DNA of 64,000 bases from Bdellovibrionales bacterium RIFOXYD12_FULL_39_22 (lineage in GTDB: Bacteria; Bdellovibrionota; Bacteriovoracia; Bacteriovoracales; Bacteriovoracaceae), in the NCBI GenBank assembly GCA_001770205.1, contig MEQL01000037.1, positions 1 to 64,000 of the forward strand, read 5' to 3'. Position numbers and translations under genes: made by a program. The notes beneath the pieces were generated by a model that had not been told where the DNA came from, ran no database searches, and worked only from the letters and a program-made list of their open reading frames with translations. Numbering within the stretch: position 1 is the stretch's first letter; every line of letters begins with the position of its first letter. Shown one piece after another: positions 9,092-18,268 of this stretch.

Positions 9092-10386
9092 TTTATAAGA
9101 TTTATAATATCACGCTTAATTTCATTTGATAATGCATTATAATCGCAGTGTAGCCGATTAACAGCGTGGGCCTTGCTGAATTTATTAAATAGATCAGTTG
9201 CTTGATTGATTTCAATAAACAAAGATTTATCATTCCCATATAGATCACGAGCGACATGAATGGAATATTTGTGAGAGTTCTCAGTCTCGCCCTGATACTT
9301 AGATAGTCGTCCAGAGGTGGAACAGCGAATATATTCGACGCCTTGCTGTTCTAGATATTTTTGAATTATCTCTAGCTGCGCTAGTTGTTTCTCACTAAAT
9401 GATTCATAAATTTTTTGAGGTATATTGTTAGCAACGATGGCCTGTGCATATTTATTATTACTTTTGCGTAAAACTTTCATCAAAAAGTGATCATCATGCT
9501 CGATGTACTGTTCAATATCAGCGGGAATTTTGTATTCGGTGGGAGCGGAGGCAAAGTACTTTAATAAAAGCTGCTCTAAGCAGACGGAGCGGTAGTGAAA
9601 ATAGACTTGCAAAAACATATGGAAGCGGCTGAGTAGAAAGTCATCGAAGGTGACAACGGCCCGTTCAGAAATTCCCAAAAAAGCATCATTTTTTATAACA
9701 CAAACGCGCAAGTTATCTATCATCCAGTCGAGATCAAAATTGCCATAACTAACCCCGCAAAAATAACTATCGCGGAGCAAATAATCCATGCGGTCACAGT
9801 CCATTTCGCTAGAAATTAATTGATGCAAAATGGGGAAATAATTTATGCCATCAATAGTGAAATATTCCAAATTGTCCGTATTGCCAGTGATCAAATCAGC
9901 AATCGCGTGTGGCCCAACACCAGTAGCATCAGAGGACATAGCAAATTTTTCAGTTAGCGAACTATCGACAATTGCTTTAACAGTATAATCTTCATGATTT
10001 GCCTGTCTGTTTAGATCGCTAGGTAGTGATTTATATTTATTGGCCAATTTTAATTCAGAAATTGTTGGCATGGCAGATTCGGTGGCGTGACTTAGTGGAG
10101 CATGTCCAATGTCATGCAGCAGGCATGCTAATTTAAATGTTTTCTTTAGTCTTTGGCCGGAATTTTTTTCTAAAATGGGAGTAAAAAGTCTATCAAAAAC
10201 ACGAGTTCCTATACTCATAACGCCGATGGAATGAAGATAGCGATTGTGAGTTGCTCCTGGATAAACATATTCAGAAAATCCGAGTTGCTTTATTGTCCGC
10301 AAGCGTTGAAAAAAATTGCTTGTAATGATGGGAATTTCCTCATCTTTAATATGAATCGAACCATGCACGGGATCTCTTATTTCCAT
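9088..10386 (-). CDS. HD-domain phosphohydrolase (dNTP triphosphohydrolase-like, SAMHD1/EF1143 type)
   Basis: IRDPVHG, FQRLRTIKQLG, HNRYLHSIG, LLHDIGHAPLSH, DCDRMDYLLRD, VYFH motifs. Confidence 0.88.
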   Translation of the reverse strand: MEIRDPVHGSIHIKDEEIPIITSNFFQRLRTIKQLGFSEYVYPGATHNRYLHSIGVMSIGTRVFDRLFTPILEKNSGQRLKKTFKLACLLHDIGHAPLSHATESAMPTISELKLANKYKSLPSDLNRQANHEDYTVKAIVDSSLTEKFAMSSDATGVGPHAIADLITGNTDNLEYFTIDGINYFPILHQLISSEMDCDRMDYLLRDSYFCGVSYGNFDLDWMIDNLRVCVIKNDAFLGISERAVVTFDDFLLSRFHMFLQVYFHYRSVCLEQLLLKYFASAPTEYKIPADIEQYIEHDDHFLMKVLRKSNNKYAQAIVANNIPQKIYESFSEKQLAQLEIIQKYLEQQGVEYIRCSTSGRLSKYQGETENSHKYSIHVARDLYGNDKSLFIEINQATDLFNKFSKAHAVNRLHCDYNALSNEIKRDIINLIK

Positions 10387-10401
10387 TAAATTTTAATCCA
10401 G

Positions 10402-10429
10402 AAAAAAAGGCCCGAATCAATCGGGCCTT
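10402..10429 (-). terminator. Intrinsic terminator downstream of the H1-like gene
   Basis: AAGGCCCGA-atcaa-TCGGGCCTT stem, followed on the minus strand by T7. Confidence 0.8.
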
Positions 10430-10469
10430 AAACTATCTTAAATTAGAAGCAGAAAATTATGCTGCCAAC

Positions 10470-11102
10470 CTAATCATCCTCGCCATCACCATCGGTCTCC
10501 TTGGCGTATTCTTCATCATCATCTGCCTCATCATCCTCAGCATCTTCCGGGCGATCAAAGGCATCATTGTATGACCATCCGTATCCATAGCCATCTTTTT
10601 CTTCATCATCCTGTTCATCATCGGGGTTATAGTCACTATCTAAGCGACGATCCTCATCTTCTTCTAGGCCATCTTCGCCTTCGATAACTTCATCGATGGA
10701 AACATTTCCTTCTTCATCATAAATATCATCGACGGTATTATCTAGGTCATCATTGAGAGGTGCTTGAATAGTAGGAAGTGTTTCAATTTTAACGGCCTTT
10801 TTCCCTTTTGGAGTGTCGGACTTTTTCTTTGATGCCGAAGGGGCCTTTTTCTTGGCCGGAGTTGCTTTTGCTACCTTGGGTGCAGCAATTTTTTTGGCCG
10901 GAACCTTTTTTTTGGCAACCACTTTAGTTGTTGCTTTTTTGGGAGCTGCTTTTTTAGCGGTGACTTTTTTTGGTGCTTTTTTGGGCGCCACTTTTTTAGC
11001 GGCCTTTTTTGTTGCTGTTTTTTTAGCTGGTGCTGCTTTGGCCTTAGCTTTAACTTTAACTTTGCTTTTTGCCGGTTTCTTTTTTGCGGTTTTTTTACTC
11101 AC
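10470..11102 (-). CDS. Histone H1-like Lys/Ala/Pro-rich protein with strongly acidic C-terminal half
   Basis: N-half is KKAPKK/KKAAKK repeats, C-half is D/E-rich; GAGGA RBS before GTG; own terminator. Confidence 0.75.
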   Translation of the reverse strand: MSKKTAKKKPAKSKVKVKAKAKAAPAKKTATKKAAKKVAPKKAPKKVTAKKAAPKKATTKVVAKKKVPAKKIAAPKVAKATPAKKKAPSASKKKSDTPKGKKAVKIETLPTIQAPLNDDLDNTVDDIYDEEGNVSIDEVIEGEDGLEEDEDRRLDSDYNPDDEQDDEEKDGYGYGWSYNDAFDRPEDAEDDEADDDEEYAKETDGDGEDD

Positions 11103-11203
11103 GTTGTTATCCTCGTTTTTTTAAGTTACTAAGATGAAAGATATTTGACTGATTATAACTAAAAACATTGAAAATTATCAAGCAGTTATTTTTGGGCCGA
11201 TTA

Positions 11204-13903
11204 CTAAAAATATAATTCTCCGAATTCTACTAAATCGTCGGGATTAAGCTTGTTGACGTCAGTGGAGATATTTTGGTCGCTCGGCGTATCGCCAAAAACC
11301 CTAGAGTTAGAAAAGATTGACTGGGCCCAATAAGAGTCGGAGGGGACATTGGTTTCAACAAACTTTTTAATTGAGACTAGTTTAGTCGAGTAATAATTGC
11401 GTCGAGAGATCCTTCCGGAAGGGGTTAAAAAAGGACTTAAATTTTCTCCGTTTTCGCCTGCACCTTGACGTGGGCCAGGCATAAATGCCGTTAGTAGTTT
11501 TTTATTCTCGTCGGGAGTTTCTGGGGCGTAGTAACTAGTAACGTAATAGTTAGCAAAGTCAGCTTCACTCGATGCCCTATTTACATACTGAGTCACCATT
11601 TCAGGAATAGGCTCAATATTGCAGGAGGCGGGGTTAGAGGCACGATTTCTTCCTACAAAGAGTTGCCAGAATTTTCCGGCCATGCTTTGACACTCTTTTA
11701 CTATATCTGCCTGGCCTACCAATCCTTGCTCGTTATCAAGATCATAGATCATATTAGCGGCGGCAGTAGCATCGCCTCCTTGTGTTGTTTCTCCATAAGC
11801 TTTGATTTTTTGAGCAACACGTTTTAGTGCTCCCATATAGGTTTGGATGGCCGAAAGATTATTGGCAATGTGCTTGTTAATGATATCTACAATTTTGCTG
11901 TCGTTGCGATATAACGTTTCATCTCCAATAATTGGGCCATATAGCTTATATTTTATTTTTGCCGGATCTTCCGAAACATTTATTACGGCAGAAGATGAAT
12001 CCAGTCTCGCATTTTCATTGTCAAAAGTTGGAATCATATAGTTTAGGGCCTCATACTTAGTCGGGCGACGGGCCTTGCTTAAATAATCATAGACGTTGGC
12101 CACTTGAAGTTGGTCCACATTTAATCCGTCTTGAAACATGCTAAATTGCTTCTGATTATAGAGTCCCACTGACTCTTTTACCTCCACCATATTGGTATCG
12201 CGCGTGATAGGGTCAAGTCCTTGTAGTCTTCTACCTCCACCCCCTTGTGGCCCTAGTTGAGAAGAGATATCCATCGTGTTATCAGGAAAATCATACAGTA
12301 GGTTAGGAATGGCAAAGTAGATATCGCCAGTTCTGGCGGGAACTCCACCAATTGGTGTTGTGTCATCCTGAGACCAAAAGTCGCGATCCATTGGGATGGG
12401 ATCACCGGGAGTATATTCGGTAACAGTAGGAGGAACTTTTAGAGTACTAACGTAAGGAGCTGACCAAGATTGACGATTTTCTGTTCTTGGAATAACGGAG
12501 AGGCCATTTACATCGGTACCAAAAATTCTTGGCCCAATTCTTCCTCCAAAAGGCTTGGCGGAAGCGTAGGTCTTGATGGTAATCCCTTTCGGATCGGCAA
12601 AGGGATAAAATAGTCCACGATATTTAGCTTCTCCTTTTACTGCGTAGTAAGTTGCCGTTGCAGGGTTTTTGACAAAGCCAAAGATGTATCCGGGGACAGG
12701 GATAGCAGTTTTAGATCCGGCACAGGCCGCTTCAGCATCTCGTTGACTTCCGCTTTGAGTGGTAAATTTTTTAGTGGTAGAAACAAAGGAGGTAAAAAAA
12801 GTTGCCAGATTTAAGGGGATAATTTGCAAATCAAGATATTGTTTTACGCGCGCTAAAGTCGGAGTGTTGCCAATGTGAGCATCCTCCGGAATCAAAAAGG
12901 TGCTAAGGGTTTCCGCATTTTGAGGAACGGCATTAGGTGGTAGTTCAAATAATTTGAAGGTTTGCTTAAGATCGTTATTTTCATCTCCGCCCAAGTTGCG
13001 ATAGGCGCTTAAAAAGGCCTTGACCGGCCTCTCATCCAGCGGAAGTTTATGATGCATATTGTTGAGTTCGGTGATAGTAAGGCATCCCCCCTCTCCACTG
13101 GTGCAGATTCCTTCCGAGATAGCAGGTCGATTGACAATCATTTCTAGATTTCGTATGCGTAGTGCTAACTCTAGCGCTTGAATCCAAGAGCCCACATTTC
13201 CTGTAGCAACATCGGGTTGCCCCGGAATCGTTTGTGTGGTTCCAGTTCCATAAACCCATGCTATCGCCGTTGAGAAATTCAAAATAGTTCGCATGGAGCA
13301 GTCATCTTGCTTGGCCTTAACAATTTGATTTAAAAACGCCTCATTATGCTCACTAAGTCCGGCCATGCCGACAATTTCAAAACGTGGAATCCCTGGTACC
13401 CCGTAGGTTTCGCAAATATTGTTGGCCGCTTTAAAGCTAATGCATGTCGAAGGAGCATTATATTTATCAACCTCTTCGGGCCGATAGTTATTACCGCCAG
13501 ATCCCTCTTTCCAAAAAGGATTTAGTCGAAAACTCATATTTGTTGGATGGGGTTGCATGTAGCGCGAGGTGCGATTGTTGAGATTAGTTGGCCAGATTTT
13601 TGGCATGGAGATTTGGCCTAAAACATAATATTTGTACATCCATTCTTTGTAGGTATTACGCAACTCCCAATTAAGATATGCAATATCGGTTAACTGTCTG
13701 GCCTGTACTGCCGCGCCAGACCAGGCGGCCGCATCAACGGCATTTTGTAAATTGATTTTTGCCTTTACGAAGAGACCGACATTGATCACAAAGGCCAAAA
13801 AAGCAATTAACACAAGAGTGGAGGTGGCCATGAAAATACTGAGTTGTCCTCGCTGGGAGCGAAGAAATTTTTTTCGCATAGTTAGGTGGAAAAAACGCAG
13901 CAC
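11204..13903 (-). CDS. Large TadG/Tad-domain pilus-associated protein
   Basis: Pseudopilin-like N-terminus QRGQLSIF + TM + LQNAVDAAAWSGA (TadG N-terminal motif). Start moved to GTG 13903, which has a GAGG RBS. Confidence 0.75.
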   Translation of the reverse strand: MLRFFHLTMRKKFLRSQRGQLSIFMATSTLVLIAFLAFVINVGLFVKAKINLQNAVDAAAWSGAAVQARQLTDIAYLNWELRNTYKEWMYKYYVLGQISMPKIWPTNLNNRTSRYMQPHPTNMSFRLNPFWKEGSGGNNYRPEEVDKYNAPSTCISFKAANNICETYGVPGIPRFEIVGMAGLSEHNEAFLNQIVKAKQDDCSMRTILNFSTAIAWVYGTGTTQTIPGQPDVATGNVGSWIQALELALRIRNLEMIVNRPAISEGICTSGEGGCLTITELNNMHHKLPLDERPVKAFLSAYRNLGGDENNDLKQTFKLFELPPNAVPQNAETLSTFLIPEDAHIGNTPTLARVKQYLDLQIIPLNLATFFTSFVSTTKKFTTQSGSQRDAEAACAGSKTAIPVPGYIFGFVKNPATATYYAVKGEAKYRGLFYPFADPKGITIKTYASAKPFGGRIGPRIFGTDVNGLSVIPRTENRQSWSAPYVSTLKVPPTVTEYTPGDPIPMDRDFWSQDDTTPIGGVPARTGDIYFAIPNLLYDFPDNTMDISSQLGPQGGGGRRLQGLDPITRDTNMVEVKESVGLYNQKQFSMFQDGLNVDQLQVANVYDYLSKARRPTKYEALNYMIPTFDNENARLDSSSAVINVSEDPAKIKYKLYGPIIGDETLYRNDSKIVDIINKHIANNLSAIQTYMGALKRVAQKIKAYGETTQGGDATAAANMIYDLDNEQGLVGQADIVKECQSMAGKFWQLFVGRNRASNPASCNIEPIPEMVTQYVNRASSEADFANYYVTSYYAPETPDENKKLLTAFMPGPRQGAGENGENLSPFLTPSGRISRRNYYSTKLVSIKKFVETNVPSDSYWAQSIFSNSRVFGDTPSDQNISTDVNKLNPDDLVEFGELYF

Positions 13904-14160
13904 GATAACCTCATAAATACCTACCGCCGTGGGAGCGTGGCCAAGAGTAACCACGGGAAAAATTTGCCGGTGACTCAATGCTACTGGAGACTTAAAGGGC
14001 AGTCAAATTATTCAGGTAATTAGTTGAAATGGCCGGAAGTGGTCAGTTATTTTTATGGTACAAAGATTGAAAGTATAAAAGTAGCTCCTTGGCCAGCTGA
14101 ACCATGGAGGTGGATCGTCTGATGCCTCGGCAAATCCTTTCCAACTGTCACGTCAAAAAT

Positions 14161-14169
14161 TTATCCACA
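14161..14169 (+). promoter_or_regulatory. Consensus DnaA box
   Basis: TTATCCACA exact match; a second one-mismatch box TTATCCATA lies at 14230-14238. Confidence 0.45.
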
Positions 14170-14182
14170 AGTGACATATCTA

Positions 14183-14216
14183 CCCTGGATCTCGAGGGGG
14201 GTCCAGGGCCTTTTTT
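14183..14216 (+). terminator. Intrinsic terminator in an intergenic region, with no + strand CDS upstream
   Basis: CCCTGGATCTC-gagg-GGGGTCCAGGG 11-bp stem (two G-U pairs, + strand), then CC and T6. Confidence 0.8.
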
Positions 14217-14312
14217 ATTAGCGGAAAAGTTATCCATATACATTGCCTTTGATAAATTTGCTAGAATGTAGTGTAGTAAGGTAGTAGGGGCGGAATAAGG
14301 AGTTTTTTTTAG

Positions 14313-14768
14313 ATGAGTGTGGCGCAAAATCGATCAGAAAAATTAAGGCCGCTTGAGCGGCGGGTTTATAAGTATAAAAATCCCAAAATGAATTTTTTTT
14401 GCCCATTGTGTCGTAGTGAACGTGCGCTGGTTTATTCATATCGCTTAAGTTGGATAAATTACGTTCAAATTGCGGTTGCTACCACATTTTTAATGTGGGT
14501 ACTATATCCAATTATGGAAGAAAAATCTTTCTTTATATTTTTTGTTTCCTGGGGAATTTTAGAATTTGGGATGCGCTTAGCATATCGTCGTCAAATTCCT
14601 TGCCCATATTGTGGCTTCGATGCAGCCTGGTATAAGCAAGATGTAAGGGTTGCTAGGCGTTTAGTTAATGAGTTTTGGGGAAGGGACATAGATGATACGC
14701 CTCTTCTTCGTCCAGAATCTACATCGACGGAGAAAGAAAAAGCTTCTCCAGCGCCAAAAAAAATCTAA
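14313..14768 (+). CDS. Hypothetical membrane protein with two CxxC zinc-ribbon motifs flanking a TM hairpin
   Basis: FFCPLCR ... two TM helices ... PCPYCGFD; AAGGAG RBS. Confidence 0.75.
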   Translation: MSVAQNRSEKLRPLERRVYKYKNPKMNFFCPLCRSERALVYSYRLSWINYVQIAVATTFLMWVLYPIMEEKSFFIFFVSWGILEFGMRLAYRRQIPCPYCGFDAAWYKQDVRVARRLVNEFWGRDIDDTPLLRPESTSTEKEKASPAPKKI

Positions 14769-14918
14769 GATAATAGAATCAATAAATGATTTTCATTAGT
14801 TAGTTATTCTTTTTTCTCAATTAGTTTTCATAGCAAACCAACAAAGAAATAACCCATAAAAAAACTTCAAAAAGGGTGAAATAAATTATACGTTGTACTT
14901 TTCAAAAGGAGAGAATCT

Positions 14919-15392
14919 ATGAGCGTTAACAAAGTAATTGTACTTGGAAGACTTGGACAGGCACCGGAACTTAAATACACACAATCTGGCCAGGCAGTAT
15001 GCCATTTTTCATTGGCCACCTCCGAAACCTGGACCGATAAGAGCGGCCAGAAACAAGAAAAAACAGAGTGGCATAGAATTGTGGTTTGGGGAAAAATGGG
15101 TGAGGTTTGTAATCAATATTTGGCCAAAGGCCGTCAAGCGTTTATTGAGGGGAAATTGCAAACAAGATCTTGGGACGGGCCGGACGGAACGAAACGATAT
15201 ACTACAGAAATTAACGCAACTAATGTTCAATTTATTGGAGCACAGACTTCGGCCAACACATCCACAAATGCAGCGGCACCAAATAATTATAAAAATGGGG
15301 CCCCTGAACAGTCTCCAGCTCCGACAACCCAGGAAGAAGAATACAATATATCTGCCAACGCCAACTATACCGCAGATGATGTACCTTTTTAG
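14919..15392 (+). CDS. ssb: Single-stranded DNA-binding protein
   Basis: [32 protein letters not shown]-terminal DDVPF. Confidence 0.97.
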   Translation: MSVNKVIVLGRLGQAPELKYTQSGQAVCHFSLATSETWTDKSGQKQEKTEWHRIVVWGKMGEVCNQYLAKGRQAFIEGKLQTRSWDGPDGTKRYTTEINATNVQFIGAQTSANTSTNAAAPNNYKNGAPEQSPAPTTQEEEYNISANANYTADDVPF

Positions 15393-15420
15393 TTTTTAAT
15401 AATACCAACAAAAATTTTAG

Positions 15421-15447
15421 GGCCAATCTTTGTTCTAAAGATTGGCC
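15421..15447. terminator. Stem-loop downstream of ssb (probable terminator)
   Basis: Perfect 11-bp stem GGCCAATCTTT-gttct-AAAGATTGGCC. The + strand U-tract is poor. Confidence 0.6.
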
Positions 15448-15492
15448 AAAAATTCACTCAAGCTTGTACTGTTTTTTGACGATAGCATCCGC

Positions 15493-16047
15493 ATGGGCAA
15501 GCGAATATTAATGGTGTTATCAGTGCTTTTTATCTGGGGAGAAATTTTAGCGGAGATACCAAAGGATATATCTCTGAGTGATTTGGCGGTAGTACCTTTG
15601 GCCGATTCTGAAAATTATGAGATGTTGCGGAAAAAAACCGAGAAGCGAATATGGATGCTAAAAATGCATAAATATACCGCCTATGCGGCATTGGCGGCAA
15701 TGACCGGAGCTATGATGACGGCCGAAGATGAAGGCGAGATTTCGGATGAACATTTAATTTGGGGAGTGGCCAGTGGGGCACTTTATTATACTGCCGCTTC
15801 TTTTGCACTTTTTGCCCCTACTTTTGATGAAAAAACAGAGGAAGAACGAAGCTTGAATTGGCATGAACGCCTGGCGTGGGTTCATGGGCCGGCCATGTTA
15901 TTGGCACCGATATTAGGATATATTGCACATCAAAAATATAAAAATCACGAAACATTAACGGGAATAGAAAAACAACATAGAGGCATTGCTTCGCTGGGAT
16001 ATTTATCTTTTTTAGCGGCGGCCATAACTATTTCTTTTGACTTTTGA
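15493..16047 (+). CDS. Hypothetical membrane protein (signal peptide, about 4 TM helices, His residues at helix ends)
   Basis: ORF track; start moved to ATG 15493 because the longer start overlaps the ssb stem-loop. Confidence 0.65.
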   Translation: MGKRILMVLSVLFIWGEILAEIPKDISLSDLAVVPLADSENYEMLRKKTEKRIWMLKMHKYTAYAALAAMTGAMMTAEDEGEISDEHLIWGVASGALYYTAASFALFAPTFDEKTEEERSLNWHERLAWVHGPAMLLAPILGYIAHQKYKNHETLTGIEKQHRGIASLGYLSFLAAAITISFDF

Positions 16048-16100
16048 CCGGCCCAAATTGCATTGAGTTTTTTGGTTTGGAAAAGATTAATTTTTAATCA

Positions 16101-16910
16101 TTACCAATGCATTACGTAGCTAACCATCGTGGAGTAACCACTTCCACTCAAATCATCGTAGCCAAAATCGTGGCCTTCAAGTGGCCGATAATCTTCCTTC
16201 CATTTGTCATGGAAATTTACTAGATGGATAAGAAATTCTACTCCGATATATGATTCTTTTAGCTTTATCGGAAATTCCAACCCTCCGCCCAGGCCCACAC
16301 CAATGCCTCCCCCGTTATCGTCTGGTTCCTTAGATTGATCGACAAATTCGTTAGAAAGATACCAATATTCAAAGCGTGCGGTAAGGTATGGATTAGAATA
16401 GGTGATGGCCGTGCCCAAGTTGGCGGTATTAAAATAATAGCGGTTAGAAAAATAAGCACGCAACATATCGACTTCTACCAGGCCGACTCCTTGATTGGTT
16501 TTGGGATTTCCGTGTCGCAACACCGCCTCTTCTAAAAAAAAATGGTGTCTCGAAAACTCTATGCCCAAAGCAAAAGAGGATTGAAAATCTAAAAAGTAGT
16601 TAATGTTCATTCCGTAAGAGGGGTGTTCATTTTCATAGGCCAGTCCACGATTACCATCAAAGTCGGTAATCCCGAGAGAAACAGCAAAGGAGTAAAAGCG
16701 GCCGTTGTGATAGAACTGTTCATCTTCTAAAATTTGTGTCTCTTCTAAGTTATCATTGAAGTCATCAAAAATATCGCTGCCAACTCCCATATCGTCTTCT
16801 TGCATATCAAAATCATATCCTCCCGGGACAATTTGACCGAGAAGCTTCCCGGCAAAGAGTAGCAGTAAAATAGCAAGCAGTAATATTGGCCGCGTAGTGG
16901 ATGGCCTCAT
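16101..16910 (-). CDS. Putative outer-membrane beta-barrel protein
   Basis: Signal peptide, amphipathic beta-strands (GGGIGVGLGGGLEF), C-terminal aromatic YVMHW. Confidence 0.7.
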   Translation of the reverse strand: MRPSTTRPILLLAILLLLFAGKLLGQIVPGGYDFDMQEDDMGVGSDIFDDFNDNLEETQILEDEQFYHNGRFYSFAVSLGITDFDGNRGLAYENEHPSYGMNINYFLDFQSSFALGIEFSRHHFFLEEAVLRHGNPKTNQGVGLVEVDMLRAYFSNRYYFNTANLGTAITYSNPYLTARFEYWYLSNEFVDQSKEPDDNGGGIGVGLGGGLEFPIKLKESYIGVEFLIHLVNFHDKWKEDYRPLEGHDFGYDDLSGSGYSTMVSYVMHW

Positions 16911-16912
16911 AG

Positions 16913-17401
16913 TTATAAGTAAAAGTGGATCCCGGCCACGACGAAATGGTAACCAACTGTTTCGACCACAAATTTATTTAACTGGTTGGCGGATAGGCCA
17001 AATTCGAAGCTTAGGCCCAAACTGTTTAGGCCGGTAAAGCTAAATTCAGTTCCGAGGGTAACATCAAATTGAAAGCCGAGGTCTCCGTCAGCGCTACTAC
17101 CTGTTTTATAGTTCAAGATAGAGGCCAGTCCGGACGAGTAAAAGGTAAGGTTAGGTTCGTCGAAGATGATTTTATACAACTTTAGTCCGGCCCCATAGCC
17201 ACCGCCGAATTCTTGGGTACTAAATCCCAAAAGGCCTCCGATGGCCAGCATCTCCGATTTTTGAATTTTAAACGAAACAGCACTTAGTCCGTTGCTAAGT
17301 TGGTTGCTCATGCCAATTCCGAGTCGAGCGATTCGATTGGTGGCCCAGAGATTTGAGGAAATTAGTATTGCTAACGCGGTAGTTAGGAGGAATCGTAACA
17401 T
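16913..17401 (-). CDS. Small putative outer-membrane beta-barrel protein
   Basis: Signal peptide, alternating strands, C-terminal AGIHFYL beta-signal. Confidence 0.7.
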   Translation of the reverse strand: MLRFLLTTALAILISSNLWATNRIARLGIGMSNQLSNGLSAVSFKIQKSEMLAIGGLLGFSTQEFGGGYGAGLKLYKIIFDEPNLTFYSSGLASILNYKTGSSADGDLGFQFDVTLGTEFSFTGLNSLGLSFEFGLSANQLNKFVVETVGYHFVVAGIHFYL

Positions 17402-17568
17402 TTGGACGTCCTTGTTTGATGTTCGAGTTCGATATCAATAGATTATATCTTACCTAACTACTATATTTTTGACAACGTGAGTTTTGATATTTAGAATTCA
17501 TGGGATTTCCCAAGTTTTACAGTATAGAATTTGCTTTTTTCATTTATTCACATCGGAGAGTCTTTTTT

Positions 17569-18264
17569 ATGGATAATAGTACCGCCAAAAAAACAGTTAC
17601 TGAGTTAGATGTTGTTGCTCGTGAAACCGGATTAGGTGAATTCATCGTCAAATATCGAGTTGCCTTTATTACTTTCGTTGGGCTCTTAATGCTATCTGTT
17701 GTTGGATATGGCCTTTACTCTAAATATAAGGCAAGCGTCGCTTCTGAGATGGATAAGATTATTTTCGATTATACGAAATCGTCCTTACAGGATTTTAAAG
17801 ATGGAAAAAGTGATGCAGATAAGTTGGTTGGAAGCTTTAATGCGCTCCAGGAAAAGATCAAAAATTATGATGGGGGAATTGCCATTACTGCGGAAACGGC
17901 CGATCTTTTGGTGGAAAAAAATAATTTAGATCAGGCACTGCTGATAGCAAAGAGAGGCCATGAGAAATACGCTAAAAATAACGCCTACACTAATTATTTT
18001 CTTTCAGTGAGATTGGCCGCTATTTATGAAGATTTAGGCAAGACAGCGGAAGCGATTTCGCTTCTAGAGGGGTTGCAAACTTCTGCGGTTAAATTATTGG
18101 AGAGTAAAACGTATTTGGATCTAGGAAGACTTTATTACAATATTGGAAATATGGAAAAGGCCAAAGTTAATTTGGAATATTTGGTAGGCCATTTCAATCA
18201 AGACGAATTTGCCAAAGTTGGTAAGCTCATTTTGGATGAAATTAACAAAAAAGCAGTGAAGTAA
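17569..18264 (+). CDS. YfgM-like membrane-anchored TPR protein
   Basis: Single TM followed by TPR helices; directly upstream of the bamB-like gene (conserved yfgM-bamB order). Start moved to ATG 17569 (GGAG RBS). Confidence 0.75.
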   Translation: MDNSTAKKTVTELDVVARETGLGEFIVKYRVAFITFVGLLMLSVVGYGLYSKYKASVASEMDKIIFDYTKSSLQDFKDGKSDADKLVGSFNALQEKIKNYDGGIAITAETADLLVEKNNLDQALLIAKRGHEKYAKNNAYTNYFLSVRLAAIYEDLGKTAEAISLLEGLQTSAVKLLESKTYLDLGRLYYNIGNMEKAKVNLEYLVGHFNQDEFAKVGKLILDEINKKAVK

Positions 18265-18268
18265 TCAG

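Noticed and set aside
10813..11124. Hydrophobic 103-aa ORF on the + strand
   Set aside because: Antisense shadow of the Lys/Ala repeats of the H1-like gene.
13931..13960. tRNA-like start GGGAGCGTGGCCAAG
   Set aside because: No TTC T-loop, anticodon arm or matching acceptor 3' strand.
13904..14216. c-di-GMP-I riboswitch, 6S RNA, SRP RNA or hammerhead ribozyme
   Set aside because: GGCAAA occurs without the GAAA loop and GACGCAAA; no SRP GGAA domain; no long 6S-type rod evident; CTGATG is not followed by A and a GAAA core.
14161..14238. Replication origin
   Set aside because: Only two DnaA boxes, no dnaA/dnaN/gidA context and no clear unwinding-element repeats.
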